64,000 nt of DNA from Octopus sinensis (taxonomy: Eukaryota): assembly GCF_006345805.1 (NCBI RefSeq), contig NC_042999.1, forward strand, positions 41,788,001 to 41,852,000, read 5' to 3'. Position numbers and translations under genes: made by a program. Every line of letters starts with the position of its first letter. Positions within the stretch are counted from its first letter, which is position 1. Of the stretch, positions 24,072 to 37,379 are shown piece by piece. The notes under the pieces were generated by a model. It was not told the DNA's origin and made no database searches. It saw nothing but the letters and a program-made list of their open reading frames with translations.

Positions 24072-25010
24072 TGTTGTTGTTATGTCAGTTCATAAGATAG
24101 TGTATTGGTAGCAAAATCTTTATATTGTCTGACCAAATACTTTGCCATATTTCTTCCGACTCTCTACATTTATGAGTTCAAATCGTGTCGAGGTTAACTT
24201 TGCCTTTCATCTCTCTCTCTCATGGGAACGATAAAATAAAGTACCAATTAAATACTGGGGGTTGATGTAATCGTCTCTACCCCCCAAAATTGCCGGTCTT
24301 GTACCTAAATTAGAGGTGTTTATTAGGTCCATAGATGTGATAATTGATATAGCCACGGACAAAATACTTTGTTGTATTTAGTTCCAACCGTTTAGATGCT
24401 GAGATTAAATTGCTCCAAGGTCAGCTTCGCCTTTCATCCTTCGTTCATCGATAAGGTAAATTACCAACCACGTTGTTGTCATCCATTATTATCTTTCTGA
24501 AAGCTGTAGCCGTGTGCATAATTGACAAATCATTACTATTATCCTGAAACGGGGGTATATAGCAGAATCGGTAGAGTAGTTGGATAAGTCGTTTTATTTT
24601 CTGAGCTTAATTCCTATAGGGGTTAAAAGCGCCTTTCATCAAACTAGGGTCAATAAAATAGATACAAATCAAATAGTGGAATCGATTTCATAGAATTTCT
24701 CTCTCCACCTTTCCCCAAGCATGCTGCGGTGTTAGAAAGATTCTATTCTGTAACAAGCTGCAATCCACACCGCAAATCATGCACGCATACTCATATACTC
24801 TCATACACACACACACACCAATGCACGTACACACGAATGCACATACACACACAAATGCACATACACACACAAATGCACAGACACACAGACATACAAATAC
24901 ACGCAGTTGAGCGTCAGTCCTTTGGTGTGTCTTATTTCTGGTTGATGTGGCAGTTAAATATACCTGCATTAATGTATCATTGACAAAGTTGTTAAGAATG
25001 CCGAAGAAAG

Positions 25011-25430
25011 AGGAGTGGCTGTGTGGTAAGTAGCTTGCTTACCTACCACATGGTTCCGGGTTCAGTCCCACTGCGTGGCACCTTGGGCAAGTGTCTTCTA
25101 CTATAGTCTCGGGCCGACCAAACCTTGTGAGTGGATTTGGTAGACGGAAACTGAAAGAAGCCCGTCGTATAAATGTATATATATATATATGTGTGTGTGT
25201 GTGCGTGTGTGTTTGTGTGTCTGTGTTTGTCCCCCTAGCATTGCTTGACAACCGATGCTGGTGTGTTTATGTCCCCGTCACTTAGCGATTCGGCAAAAGA
25301 GACCGACAGAATACTGGGCTTACAAAGAATAAGTCCCGGGGTCGAGTTGCTCGATTAAAGGCGGTGCTCCAGCATGGCCGCAGTCAAATGACTGAAACAA
25401 GTAAAAGAGTAAAAGAGTAAAGAGAGTAAA
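25011..25430 (+). mobile_element. Family A SINE, full length
   Basis: Head AGGAGTGGCTGTGTGGTAAG to tail GAAACAAGTAAAAGAGTAAAAGAG. Confidence 0.92.
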
Positions 25431-26899
25431 ATACAATGCTGTATCTAGTTGCGGATCTTCCCGTTTTGATTTCAAGTACGGCCGAGGTCGACTCTACTTT
25501 TCATTGCTCCTCGGTCAAATACTGATGTCGACAAAACAACTAATTCTCCTGAAACCATCGTCTCAAAACAATTTTCTTGCTTTGTGCCTACATAAGTTGA
25601 TGAATTGGTAGATTCCCAAGAGCTCTTTTCTTGTAAGTTTCCTCCTTTTCTTCGACACTTACTGTGTAATTTTCAATCATTGCTTTCTGAATTCTGACTT
25701 TTCCGATGTCAACTTTACCTTTCGTTCTTTGAGGTTCTTGAAATAAGGGACCTGTCATGTATTAGTACCACTCTCTCTCTCTCTCTCCCCTTTTTTCTCT
25801 CTCCCTCTCTCTCTTTCTTTCTTTCTTTCTTTCTCTCTTATTCTTTCAATTCCTCACCGAAAAAATGCTAGTCTCTGTAAAGATCGAAATTAATCTCTTA
25901 CTATGTCCCTGTTCTCCAAGAAATGGCGGAGTGATTAAGATAGGAGTCAGCAATCTCTTTATGTTTATCCTAATACTTATCCGGTCTAAAGGAATTAGAG
26001 AACTCGGATTTTCTTTCACCTGATGTGTTGAACAGCATGGAATGTTTTGCAAAAATCTACGATTCGATCATTCAATATGCCTTGCACTTTTCAGAGGTTA
26101 GAATGTTAGGTGTGGGAGAAACGGTTGCAATTTCTCTCAAATGCATCGTCGTTCGTTCGCATTTTTTTTTATCCGGAAACTAAACTTTTGCTTCTCGGCA
26201 ATTTGGTTTGTGTTTTCCGGCAGTTCTAGCAGACGCAACCAGCAACTTCAGTCAACACTAATTGTCATCATCTATAAAAAATTCTAAGTGAGCTGCTGCA
26301 ATTCCTGGTAAAGGAATCGCCACACTTGGGAGATATTATTTTACTTCATATTAAGGAAAGTAAAGATAGATATGTCACATAACAATGTTTATTCAATAGC
26401 TAAGCATTCATTCCGATTTTCTGAAACAGGACCCAAAGAAATTAAATTATTATAATCCATGGATTCGTTTTTCCTAAGATCAAGTAGAAGAGAAAATTAG
26501 GGCATCTCTCAATGTTGAGGAGAAAAAATTATGCAAACACTTTGTAATTTTCATTTCTAAATTAATCACTGGCATGTGTTTAAAAATGCAAATTAGCCTG
26601 AAGTTGAAAGAGAATGCATGCAGGTCTTAATAAACTACTGGATTTGGCTAAATGAAACGAATCATGGCTCTAACAAGTCAACTGAAACTATGGAAAGAAT
26701 CATAAAACACATTCACAAACAAAATCCGATCTAAATGTATGGTAAATGATGTGTGTTGTTCTCAGCGAGTGTGTCTAAAAGTATAACAAAATGTGGAGTT
26801 TATAAAAGGTAAACAACGCCTTAAAAACAGAAACTACGAAACTCACTAATTGTAAAAAAAACAGATTACGGAATAAGTCAATGTTTGTGAGAGTATTTA

Positions 26900-27420
26900 A
26901 AGAAACTGACTGAATGGCATGGAATTTATCCAAGGAAAAACCCGTACTAACACTTAAACTAAACAAGTGGTTTCAGTGAGTTAATGATACATTCAGTGAT
27001 AAATCCCGAATTCTCTTTGGTTTTGGCAATGATGCTACAAATTTTGTTTGGTGTCATTCTTATAAAATATATAAATATGGCTGCAGGAAGTAAACAAACC
27101 AAATTTCTAACTCATTTGTATGTCTTTGCATATTAGATTAAAGACCATGGGAGATAACAATCATTATTTCAACTGCGAATGTAGAAGTTTAAAATGAAAT
27201 TTTGGACAAGTTTCTCGTCCCATCAATCGTAGATATGTTCAGTGATGAAGCAGTCATTTTTTTTTCAGGATGCTAAGCAGTCATGTTACAGACCTAAGAG
27301 CATCATTAGAGATTTTTACATGCAAAATTTACAAAAGACACAGCAATTCAGTCACGAACAGAAAACAGATCGGATATCAATCTGATTGAAATCTATGTTG
27401 ATTTTTTTTAATGGTGCATG
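26900..27420 (+). pseudogene. Highly decayed Tc1-type transposase
   Basis: Ordered remnants in shifting frames: KEKPVLT..KWFQ, FSDKSRI, EILDKFLVPS..MF, FQD, SDINLIE (compare KKPLLT, FSDES, FQQDN, SPDLNPIE). Confidence 0.55.
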
Positions 27421-27754
27421 ACTAGACTCCCTGCTACAAAGCCTACCTGTCACCTGATATTCCAGATATATGGAACTACTTCGTTGGGGAATATCGATTT
27501 TTATTGGTGAAATCCTTCAAAGACATCAAGCTGTCATAAAAGCTCGAGAACAGAATACTAATGGTGAAAATTTTAACTTTTATTTATCAGCTTCTTTTTT
27601 GTCGATGACTTCATAATTTTTCCTAAACATAGAATTAATTCCTAAATTTTCAAACATTGAGCGTTGTCCTACCTTTTCTCAACTCGATCTAGAGAAAACC
27701 GAAGACATTAATTCAAATAATTTGCTCGAATATGGTTTCAATACATTTCACAAC

Positions 27755-28012
27755 GTGGATGCGCGTGGCTTAGTGGTTAGGGTGTCAGCATCATGATCGT
27801 AAGATTGTGGTTTCGATTCCTGGACCGGGCGACGCGTTGTGTTCTTGAGCAAAACACTTCATTTCATGTTGCTCCATTCCACTCAGCTGGCAAAAATGGG
27901 TAACGCTGCGATGGACTGGCATCCCGTCCAACTGGGGAACACATACGCCATAGAAACCGGGTAACCGGGCCCATGAGACTGGCTAGGCTTTAAAAGGGCG
28001 CATTTATATGAT
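27755..28012 (+). mobile_element. tRNA-derived SINE with CORE-like and V-domain-like segments (family E)
   Basis: A-box TGGCTTAGTGG, B-box GTTTCGATTCC, GTGTTCTTGAGCAAAACACTT, GCGATGGACTGGCATCCCGTCCA. Confidence 0.8.
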
Positions 28013-28354
28013 TTTTTACATTTCACCACACCACAATTCTGGGCTTCAGCAATTAAACAAAAATTACTTTTGGTCATGTCTGTAGTTGGTTTATTTGTTA
28101 TAAATTAAAAAAACAAAACTTGGTAAAATGTACTCTAAAACCGCTGATACCATAATTTCTGTCAAAGATTGTATAAAGTAGTGTAAGCAGATATAATAAC
28201 ATAGTTTAGTGGTATTGTGGGTGAGAATACAGTCACATCACCGTAACGATACGAAAATAGGCGAGTTGTAGTGAGAAATATATAATTTACAACAGTTTCA
28301 GTTAATAAAGTAAGACCGTTCACAATCATCACAACCAATGTACTGACACTGCTA

Positions 28355-28413
<59 letters not shown>

Positions 28414-28704
28414 TGTCTGGTGGTTGTGATGAGAGATATAGTTGTGACTGGTTGTTGCTAAGAGAAGAGATCCGTTACTTGAATGGCATGCTGACACAAA
28501 ACAGACATTGCGTGTGTTACTTATAACTTCTCTATGGATAAGAGTTTATTTGTATTCTATTCGGAAGTATTCAATGAATAAACGACTTCATTCCATAAAC
28601 TAGGATATGGTATGAATATATGTTTATACACGCAAGCTGACACACTAATACGTACATTGTGTCTAGTGTACTTATATCTACACTTCTATATCTTTATATC
28701 TCTG

Positions 28705-28833
<129 letters not shown>

Positions 28834-28904
28834 GTCTCTCGATCTATCTATCGATGCATCCATATATATATATATCTATATATATATATATATATATATA
28901 TAGG

Positions 28905-29110
28905 GGGAGAGTTCACGAAAAAAAGAACAAAAGGCGAAGACAGGTGGTGTACAAAACAAACAGATGTATTAGTACAATAACGCTCAGGAATTGAAAAAGT
29001 CCTTTACGTTTCGAGCCTACGCTCTTCTACAGAAAGGGACACGGAAAAAAAACAAGGAGAGAAAAAAATGTGTGTAGTGGCTACCGATTTATCATGGCGA
29101 CTGCCGGACA
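28905..29110 (-). mobile_element. Hammerhead-bearing short element (probable PLE terminus) abutting (TA)n
   Basis: Homologous to 60699-60890; HHR-like motif at 29001-29037. Confidence 0.7.
29001..29037 (-). ncRNA. Minimal hammerhead-like motif with variant core CUGUAGA
   Basis: Minus strand CCTTT-CTGTAGA-A-GAGC(GTAG)GCTC-GAA-ACGT-A-AAGG. Confidence 0.65.
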
Positions 29111-30644
29111 GAAGGGTCACACAGGAGAGAGAAGAAATAGGAGGGATAACAAAGTAAAGATGACCCCCAACTCGAAGGTGCGTGTGTATATAAGAGAGTA
29201 CGTGTGTGCGTGTGAAAGAGGGCTGGTGGTTTTGACGTGTGCGTGTATGTGTGTGAAAATGTGGGGATGGGAATTGGTCAGTGCTGGTGTGTGGGTGGTG
29301 TGTTGTGATGTGATGTGTAATGTTGTATGGTGTAGTGTGGTGTGGTGTGATGTTTTTGGGAGGTGGGGGAGTCGAGAGTGTGGAAAGCACGAGTGGGTGT
29401 GGGTTCGGCTGAGGGTTGGGATAGAGTTAGGGTATATGGGTGGGGGTACAGGTAGGGTTTGTGGGTAGGCAGATGGTGGGGGTAGAGGTGGTGTATGTGG
29501 GAGAGGGTGTAGGGGATAGGATGGGGGATGGGAAGGAAAGGAAAGGAGGGGAGGGGATGGGGGATGGGAAGGATAGGGAAGGTGGAGTAGGAATGTGTAG
29601 GGGTGGGGTTGGCTTATGTGGGAGGGTTGACGATGAACGGGGAAGGGGAAGGTGTGTAGTGAGGAGAGAGAGTAAGAGAGAAGAGAGAATAGAGAAAGAG
29701 AATGATAGAAAGAGAGAAAGAGAAAGTGAAAGAATAGGAGAGAAGTTGAAAGAGTAAGAGAGAAGAGAGAAAGAGAGTAAGAGAGAAAAGAGAAAGAGAG
29801 TAAGGGTGAAGAGAAGTATGGTAGTGTCGATGCTCTCTTTGTTGATAAATTAGAGATAATTCAACCGATACATATTTTAATATATCTCATTATTGGTGGG
29901 GGGATTAATACTGGTTAAATTTTCAATGAGAGTATAGTTTTTTAAAGGGTACTATTTGTTTGACTAAATATGATACTTTAAAAAGTAGATGTTGGTAAAT
30001 TTGATGGTGAGAGATATATCAGGTATCAAATTTTGTTGTCAGTTCTCTTCAGCGCTGATTCCTACATGGCGAAAAGCGAAGAGGGGACTCTAATTCCTTT
30101 ACATACGGTGGATAAAATGGCACGGAATTTGGTGAACCTACACCAATATTTTATCTTAGCTACACTAGAAGGGACACCCATAAGCATTCAGCCCTGTGCA
30201 GATACGACTGGATGGCAAACTCTAGAAATATGGACAGCTATACCATTGTTCTAGGCCAAAAACAAAAGCATATCTTAAACGTTTCCGGCTTAAAGATACA
30301 AAATAATTATATATAACTGTCGCCGCCAATTAACAGAGGACACACGCAAACACGTGCAGATGAAGAGAGAGAGAGAGAGAGAGAGTGGTGGGAGAGGGGA
30401 AATACATGTTTATGTGTATGTGTGTGTGTGCATATGTAAAAGGAAACACGCACTTACATATTCGCGTGCAAGAGCGCACATATATAGACACACTCGTATA
30501 TAGTTATATATAGCTTTCAATCCCAAAGACAACATAGTAGACACTACGATACTCTTGCTATGTGCTTTTGAATTTTAAGTAGCCACCAAGGGGGATAGCC
30601 AATCATTCGGCTCTTCCAGCCTTGACGCTGAGAAATATCGAGGA

Positions 30645-31039
30645 CTAGCAGTATCGCCCGGCGTTGCTCGGGTTTGTTTCGACCCTTTAGAATTGGAATT
30701 TTTGACAAGTAAAAATTTTGCATTATGTAGCTTGTTATTCTCTTTAAGTGACCATTTTTCTGGTTGAAATACACCGAAAAATTGTGACACATCAGTAAAA
30801 AAATCGTAAAAAGTAGGGATTTTCATAGAAAAAAAGCGCCTTTTTGGTGTAAATAATTTTTTTGTGTTAACATTGTCCGATTTGAAATTTTTCTTCTACG
30901 GAAGGAAGAGCAAGCCTTCTTCTATCATACTCTCAATTTCGGTGAACTTGTGCCGCAGGGTCTCGGAGGAGTTAGTGTTCGTTGAAGGTTACCAAACCTG
31001 TCATACACAGACAACTTCAGCTTTATATATATAGATAGA
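30645..31039 (-). mobile_element. Non-autonomous Helitron
   Basis: Minus strand 5' TC TATATATATAAAGCTGAAGTTGTCTGTG; 3' CCCGAGCAACGCCGGGCGATACTG-CTAG|T. Confidence 0.85.
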
Positions 31040-31395
31040 TATCGCAGCTGGAGAGAGAAGAGTGAATCAGCCGTAGGTTGGTGATACATTTCTGCAGTCA
31101 ACTGGTTTTGTCGAAACCACTTTATGAACGTGGAGCCAACATTCTAAGCAGGAGACTACCCGCTATAACACACACACACACATGCATATATATAAGTGTG
31201 CATGTATAAATATATAGCTAGGCGGGCAGAGAAGCTTTCTCCCTGCGTGGAAACGTCTGTTTGTTGCAGAGCGTTATCCAATTACAGCTGAGTGGACCGG
31301 AGCAACTGGAGGTGAAGTATTTTTGCTTAATGACATATCTATCTACAAATCGAAACCGTGATTTTTCGATCGCGAGTGCAACACGCTAACCACCT
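31040..31395 (-). mobile_element. Diverged tRNA-derived SINE
   Basis: Minus-strand head GTGGTTAGCGTGTTGCACTCGCGATCG..GGTTTCGATTT; body GTTGCTCCGGTCCACTCAGCTG similar to 27870-27890. Confidence 0.6.
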
Positions 31396-31775
31396 TCCCA
31401 TGCACATTCACACAGGTAATATTGATATGTAGTTCGGCTTATTCTCAATCTATGTCTCTTATCTCACACATTCTCTCTCTCTCTCTCTCTCTTTCATCTT
31501 TTCTACATGAGCACACAATAGCGCGCGCACACACAGGGCAAAACATAATATTATATATATATAATATATATATAATATATATATATATAATATATATATT
31601 ATATATATACATACATACATACATACATACATACATACATACATACATACATGTTATATACACATATGCATATATATATATACATACAAACATATATGTG
31701 TATATATAACATATAATATAGATATAGATAGATACATACATACACACGTATCTATATGTGTGTGTATATGCATAA

Positions 31776-31841
<66 letters not shown>

Positions 31842-32413
31842 TAAGGGTACGTGTGGGTTTTCACACGAGAGTTCTTTGTTAAGATTCCTACCTTAGCCTG
31901 TTCAAATATATAATTTGTAATGATTTTCAACAACGTTGATTACTTTGTAATAATATCCAAGTTAAAGAGCATGAAATAGGAAATACAAGAACGTTTCTTA
32001 AACAGTGATTTGTTTGCGAAGATAAAGTGCGATATCTCATCAGAAATATGGACAGATTGAATAACCTATTTCGCTCTGTTACTTCGCTACATTACTCTTA
32101 TTACAGACCAACTGATATCATATGTCTAATATCTAAATATATTGATCATCTATACTCACTCTCACACACACAGAAATAAACGCGTGCTTACCCACCTAAA
32201 CATATTATACTAACAATATTAAACATATACGCATGCAGGTATATGTGTGTTGTATGTATATATATATTAATATATATATATATATATATACATATATATG
32301 CATGTATTATAATACATATATACTCATGGAAAGTCAGGTAACTTTATGTATGATAGTGTTTAAAAAATGTATATAGATAGATAGATGGCTATCTGCACAT
32401 CTGTATATATATG

Positions 32414-32488
<75 letters not shown>

Positions 32489-32627
32489 ATATATATGTTT
32501 ATATATGTGTGTGTATGTCTGTGTATAAACTATATTTGTGCATATACACAAATTCCTTAAAATATAAATTACACCGTGTATTTATATATACATATAGAAG
32601 GGCATACTCATCAAATTTGCATATATG

Positions 32628-33025
32628 GGCGTAGGAGTGCCATTGTGGTAAGTAGCTTGTTTACCAACCACATGGTTCCGGGTTCAGGGCAAGTGTCTTC
32701 TACTATAGCCTCTGGTCGACAAAAGCCTTGTAAGTAAATTTGGTAGATAGAAACTGAAAGAAACCCGGCGTATAAATGTATATATATATGTGTGTGTGTG
32801 TGTGTATATGTTTGTGTGTATATGTTTGTGTGTCAGTGTTTGTCCCCCCCCCCCCAACATCGCTTGACAACCGATGCTGGTTTGTTTACGTAACTTAGCG
32901 GTTCGGCAGAAGAGACGGATGGAATAAGTAATAGGCTTACAAAGAATAAGACCTGGAATCGATTCGCTCGACTAAAGGCGGTGCTCCAGCATGGCCACAG
33001 TCAGATGACTGAAACAAGTAAATAA
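32628..33025 (+). mobile_element. Family A SINE, full length with small deletion
   Basis: Head-to-tail match. Confidence 0.9.
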
Positions 33026-33244
33026 GTATATATATAAGCCAGTTTTATTTGTGTAAACTCTTGTAGATATGTATGTATAAAATCTTTGTACATACGCATA
33101 CACGCAAACACACACACGTATTTCTGTATATATGTATATATATATATATATATACATCGATTACAATGAACAAAGAAAAATAAAACAAAGCGCAACAATA
33201 GTTATAGCCAGTCAAATGTTATCACTCTGATATTATTATTATTA

Positions 33245-33645
33245 TTATTCTATGTTTGACTTTTGCTTTATGTCTGTACAAGTTGGCTCCAAGTCTCACC
33301 CAGAGACCTCAAGAGACAAGAGGTTGGAAGTTCTGTGCCATATATTTGGGGGTTTTTTGGGGGGTTTTTTTTGTGTTGTACTAGTGAATGTCTAATACAT
33401 AAAAATAAAATAAAAAATAAAAAAATAAAATAAAATAAAATAAAATAAATAAATAAATAAATAAATAAAAGTTTGTTTTAAACCTTGGGATTACATAGAG
33501 AGTATTTTGCGTAGGATATGAGCAGTTCCCATGAGCACTATCTTTTGAATTTCTGCCATTTTGGGGTTTCCTGGTATCTGAGTTAGGTAGCAATTAGTCC
33601 CTTTCGCTATAATTCCCAGGGCACCTATGACAACAGGTATTGTTT
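33245..33645 (-). mobile_element. R4/Dong-like RLE non-LTR retrotransposon 3' end, flanked by (TAA)n on both sides
   Basis: Minus strand IPVVIGALGIIAKGTNCYLTQIPGNPKMAEIQKIVLMGTAHILRKILSM* followed by a 3' UTR ending in (TAA)n. Confidence 0.8.
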
Positions 33646-33673
33646 TATTATTATTATTATTATATTATTATTA

Positions 33674-33728
<55 letters not shown>

Positions 33729-33765
33729 TATATATTTATATATGCATATGTATTATATATGTATA

Positions 33766-33813
<48 letters not shown>

Positions 33814-33819
33814 CACACA

Positions 33820-35530
33820 CATAGAATAGACAAAGAAACCCGGGTTATAAAAAACATTAAGTCACACCCAAAGGCCTTCTTTCATTATGCGAAAGAAACA
33901 GCCTCAGTACACTTCAAGATAGGACCCCTTTCCAAAAGGATAGTTCCCTCAAAGATAGTCCAACCAGGATCAGTGAGGTACCGAATGACCAGTTTCAAAG
34001 TGTCTTTACCACGCCGTTCGAACAAAGACAAGTGAACGAACCAGTGGATTTCTTTGCCGCCTCACCTATAACCATTGAGGCAATCGCGATGGATTATATC
34101 GACATGAACGAAGAAGATATACGACTAGCCATAGACGAGATGGACGCAAACTCAACTGCTGGTCCTGATAGTTTCCCAGCAATCCTCCTCAAATTGTGTA
34201 AACGTGACCTGACGAAACCTCTACAGATTGTCTTCCAGAGCTTTCTTGCAAATGACAGGCTGCCAAGCAAGCTGAAGGAGGGAATAATATGCCCAATGCA
34301 TAAAAAGGGAAGCAGAGCAGATGCCATAAACTATAAGCCTATCTCTCTGACTTCACACATCAGCAAGTTATGGAATGGTTAGTCAGAAGGGAACGAATCG
34401 CATTCTTTGAAGAAAACAACTTGCTGAGTGATACCCAGCATGGCATTCGACCAGGTAGGAGCTGCCTGACCCAACTCTTACAGCACTATAAATGGGTGTT
34501 GAGGCAATAATATGCAGTTTAATGCTGAAATATTCCAAGCCCTGTGCTACCAGCGTCCAACATTGAATATAAAACTGGTCCACAGGGGATTACAATCCCA
34601 GAGCCTATATCCGTAAGGGACCTGGGTATCTACATGAGTGATGATACCTCTGTCTCCAAGTGTACATTACCAGAATGGCCACAAAGTACAGACGATTTGC
34701 TGGCTGAGGTCCCGAGGACGTTCAGAACCAGAGAGAAGGAAACTATTATGGTCTTCTGGAGGACATTCATCCTCAGCCGCCTTGACTACAACTCCCAGCT
34801 ATGGTCATCCAACAGTGTAAAATTAACAGTGGACCTTGAAGCAATCCAGCGAAGATTAACAAAGAATATCGTCTCTTTGCAACAGTTCAGCTACTGGGAA
34901 AGGCTGAAACAGCAAAGACTCTACTCCCTGGAGCGAAGGCGGGAGAGGTATGCAATAATAACAAATCATAACGATATCGAGAATAGCTTGCACGAACCCA
35001 AATAAATAAAAATCTTGATAAACCAACAAAGAAAGTTATAGATAATCCTATAGAAATATTCAAACAACCACCTCCAGAAAACAACAATCCACACAAAAAT
35101 CTTATAAACAAAATATTTCCATATTCAGCCATAAACAACAGTAAATATCCCATTGCTCCATACTCGAGATTAAACCCAGAAATTTTGGCATTGAAAATTA
35201 CACCAATGCCAGAACGGGTCGACACTGGACGGTGCCAAGGATCCCCAAAATGCCATCGCACTTCAGGACTAGTTACTTTTTAATATCCTCCCAAACAGAC
35301 TGAGGGACCTACACAAAGTGCATGTAAGTGTTTTCAAATCAAAATTGGGACCTCTTCCTGTCGAGAGTCCCAGATGAAATTACCTCGAGGCAAGAGGTGC
35401 AAATGAGGGTAGCGACATGAAACCCCCTTATTCACTAAATGGTCACATACTAGAGGAGGCTGTCAATGTTAACAAAGTAGCAAAACGGCGTTGCCCCAGT
35501 ATGGACGCATCGCTGAACTGAAACTACGAA
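33820..35530 (+). mobile_element. CR1/L2-group LINE, 5'-truncated, RT core deleted, interrupted by a NUMT
   Basis: NIKSHPKAFF, STAGPDSFPAILLKLC, NYKPISLTSHISK, QHGIRPGRSC, VRDLGIYMSDD, ILSRLDYNSQLWS, LYSLERRRERY. Confidence 0.88.
34958..35182 (-). pseudogene. nad1: Nuclear mitochondrial insertion (NUMT), nad1 fragment
   Basis: Invertebrate mitochondrial code gives a stop-free SGFNLEYGAMGYLLLFMAEYGNILFMSFLCGLLFSGG..FLFIWVRASYSRYRYDLL (ND1 motifs SGFNxEY, FMAEY, RYRYD). Confidence 0.9.
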
Positions 35531-35899
35531 AATAATATGTATATATACATATATATAATATATATATATATATATTATATATATATATATATATAATATA
35601 TAGATACATACATACATAAATACATATGTAGATATTATTTACATGCATTTAAATCCAATAGTATATATATATAGTGTGTGTATGTACATGTTAATTTCAT
35701 TTACAATAGTGTACATATACATATACTCACTCGCACATATATAAAACATATTTACCAGTACGTATATGTAGACGTGTATACATCCATGCACCGAAATACA
35801 CACACACCACACACCTACACATATATACTAACAGCTTTTTAGTGCATATATGTATATGCTATTGTGCTTTCATGCATTTATGCTTATGGTTTTGTATAC

Positions 35900-35954
<55 letters not shown>

Positions 35955-36674
35955 ATATATTGATGTGTGTATGTATGTATGTATATATACTCTATTTATT
36001 AGTTTGAAATAACTCAATAGTTTTTGCCATTATTGGCTTAATATCAACAATCTCCATCGCATAAGCGATATCAATGCATAACAGTCGCTGGCGTGTATTT
36101 TATATCTTATTTTTATTTCATGATTTATACCATTCTACTATTACCGTTATCTGTGATATCAATATTACTGAGTTGAAGAATTATATCTGGCTATCCGATA
36201 GGGGATTTTAATATAGAACCTCCAATGATTCATACAGTACCGCTGTGTATCATATATAAGAAGCTATCACGTGAATGTTTATGCCACACTATTCCACACC
36301 CTACCATACCGTGCAGAACAGTATTGCAGTATAGTGTATTTTGTTATATTTCCACAGATATACCCTAAAAGATATGAACTTCTCTTAAGTTCAGTAACTC
36401 CAATCACGCGATATCGATACGAGTTAACGTTTTGTTATATCTAATACATTTGCTGATACTTGGAATATTAGAAGTTATATTTCAAACTATTTTGGTTTTG
36501 GCTTTGTGGTAAGATGTTTGCTTCCCAACCACATGGTTTCATGTTCAAGCTCCACTGCGTAGAGCACATGAAACAGATCCTCTTACAAAGCATACCTTTG
36601 TTAGGGGGGGGGTGTAGTTATCGCTTTGTATGTGTGTGTGTTTATGTTTGTTATTTTTTTATTGCTCACAAGCG

Positions 36675-37379
36675 CTAAACATAGAGGGGGCAAACAAGCA
36701 CAGACAAAGGGATTAAGTCGATTACATCGACCCCAGTGCTTCACTGGTACTTAATTTATCGAACCCGAAAGGACTAAAGGCAAAGCCAACCTCGCGCGGA
36801 ATTTGAACTCAGAATTTAAAGACAGACGAAATACTGCCCAGCATTTCGCCTAACGCAGACAAACGGATTAAGACGATTACATCGACCCCAGTGCGTAACT
36901 GGTACTTATTTAATCGACCCCGAAAGGATGAAAGGCAAAGTCGACCTCGGCGGAATTTGAACTCAGAACGTAGCGGCTGACGAAATACCTATTTCTTTAC
37001 TACCCACAAGGGGCTAAACACAGAGAAGACAAACAAGGACATACAAACGGATTAAGTTGATTATATCGACCCCAGTGCGTAATTGGTACTTAATTTATCG
37101 ACCCCAAAATGGTGAAAGGCAAAGTCGACCTCGGTGCAGACGAAATACCTATTTCTTTTACTACCCACGAAGGGCTAAACATAGAGAGGACAAATAAGGA
37201 CAGACAAACGGATTAAGTCGATTACATGGACTTCAGTGCTTAACTGAACTTAATTTATGGATCCCGAAAGGATGAAAGGCAAAGTCGACCTCGGCGGAAT
37301 TTAAACTCAGAACGTAACAGCTGACGAAATACTGATAAGCGTTTCACCAGGCATGCTAACGTTTCTGCCAGCTCGCCGC
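36675..37379 (-). repeat. Head-to-tail multimer of four family B SINE units
   Basis: One complete head at 37379; tail-to-internal junctions at 37148/37149 and 36988/36989. Confidence 0.9.

Noticed and set aside
31985-32050. Minus-strand CTGATGA...GAAACGTT
   Set aside because: Stem II does not close (G opposite A) and stem I does not pair.
36675-37379. Repeat array superficially like a CRISPR or satellite
   Set aside because: Units are ~150-190-bp SINE bodies with no unique spacers, in a eukaryotic context.
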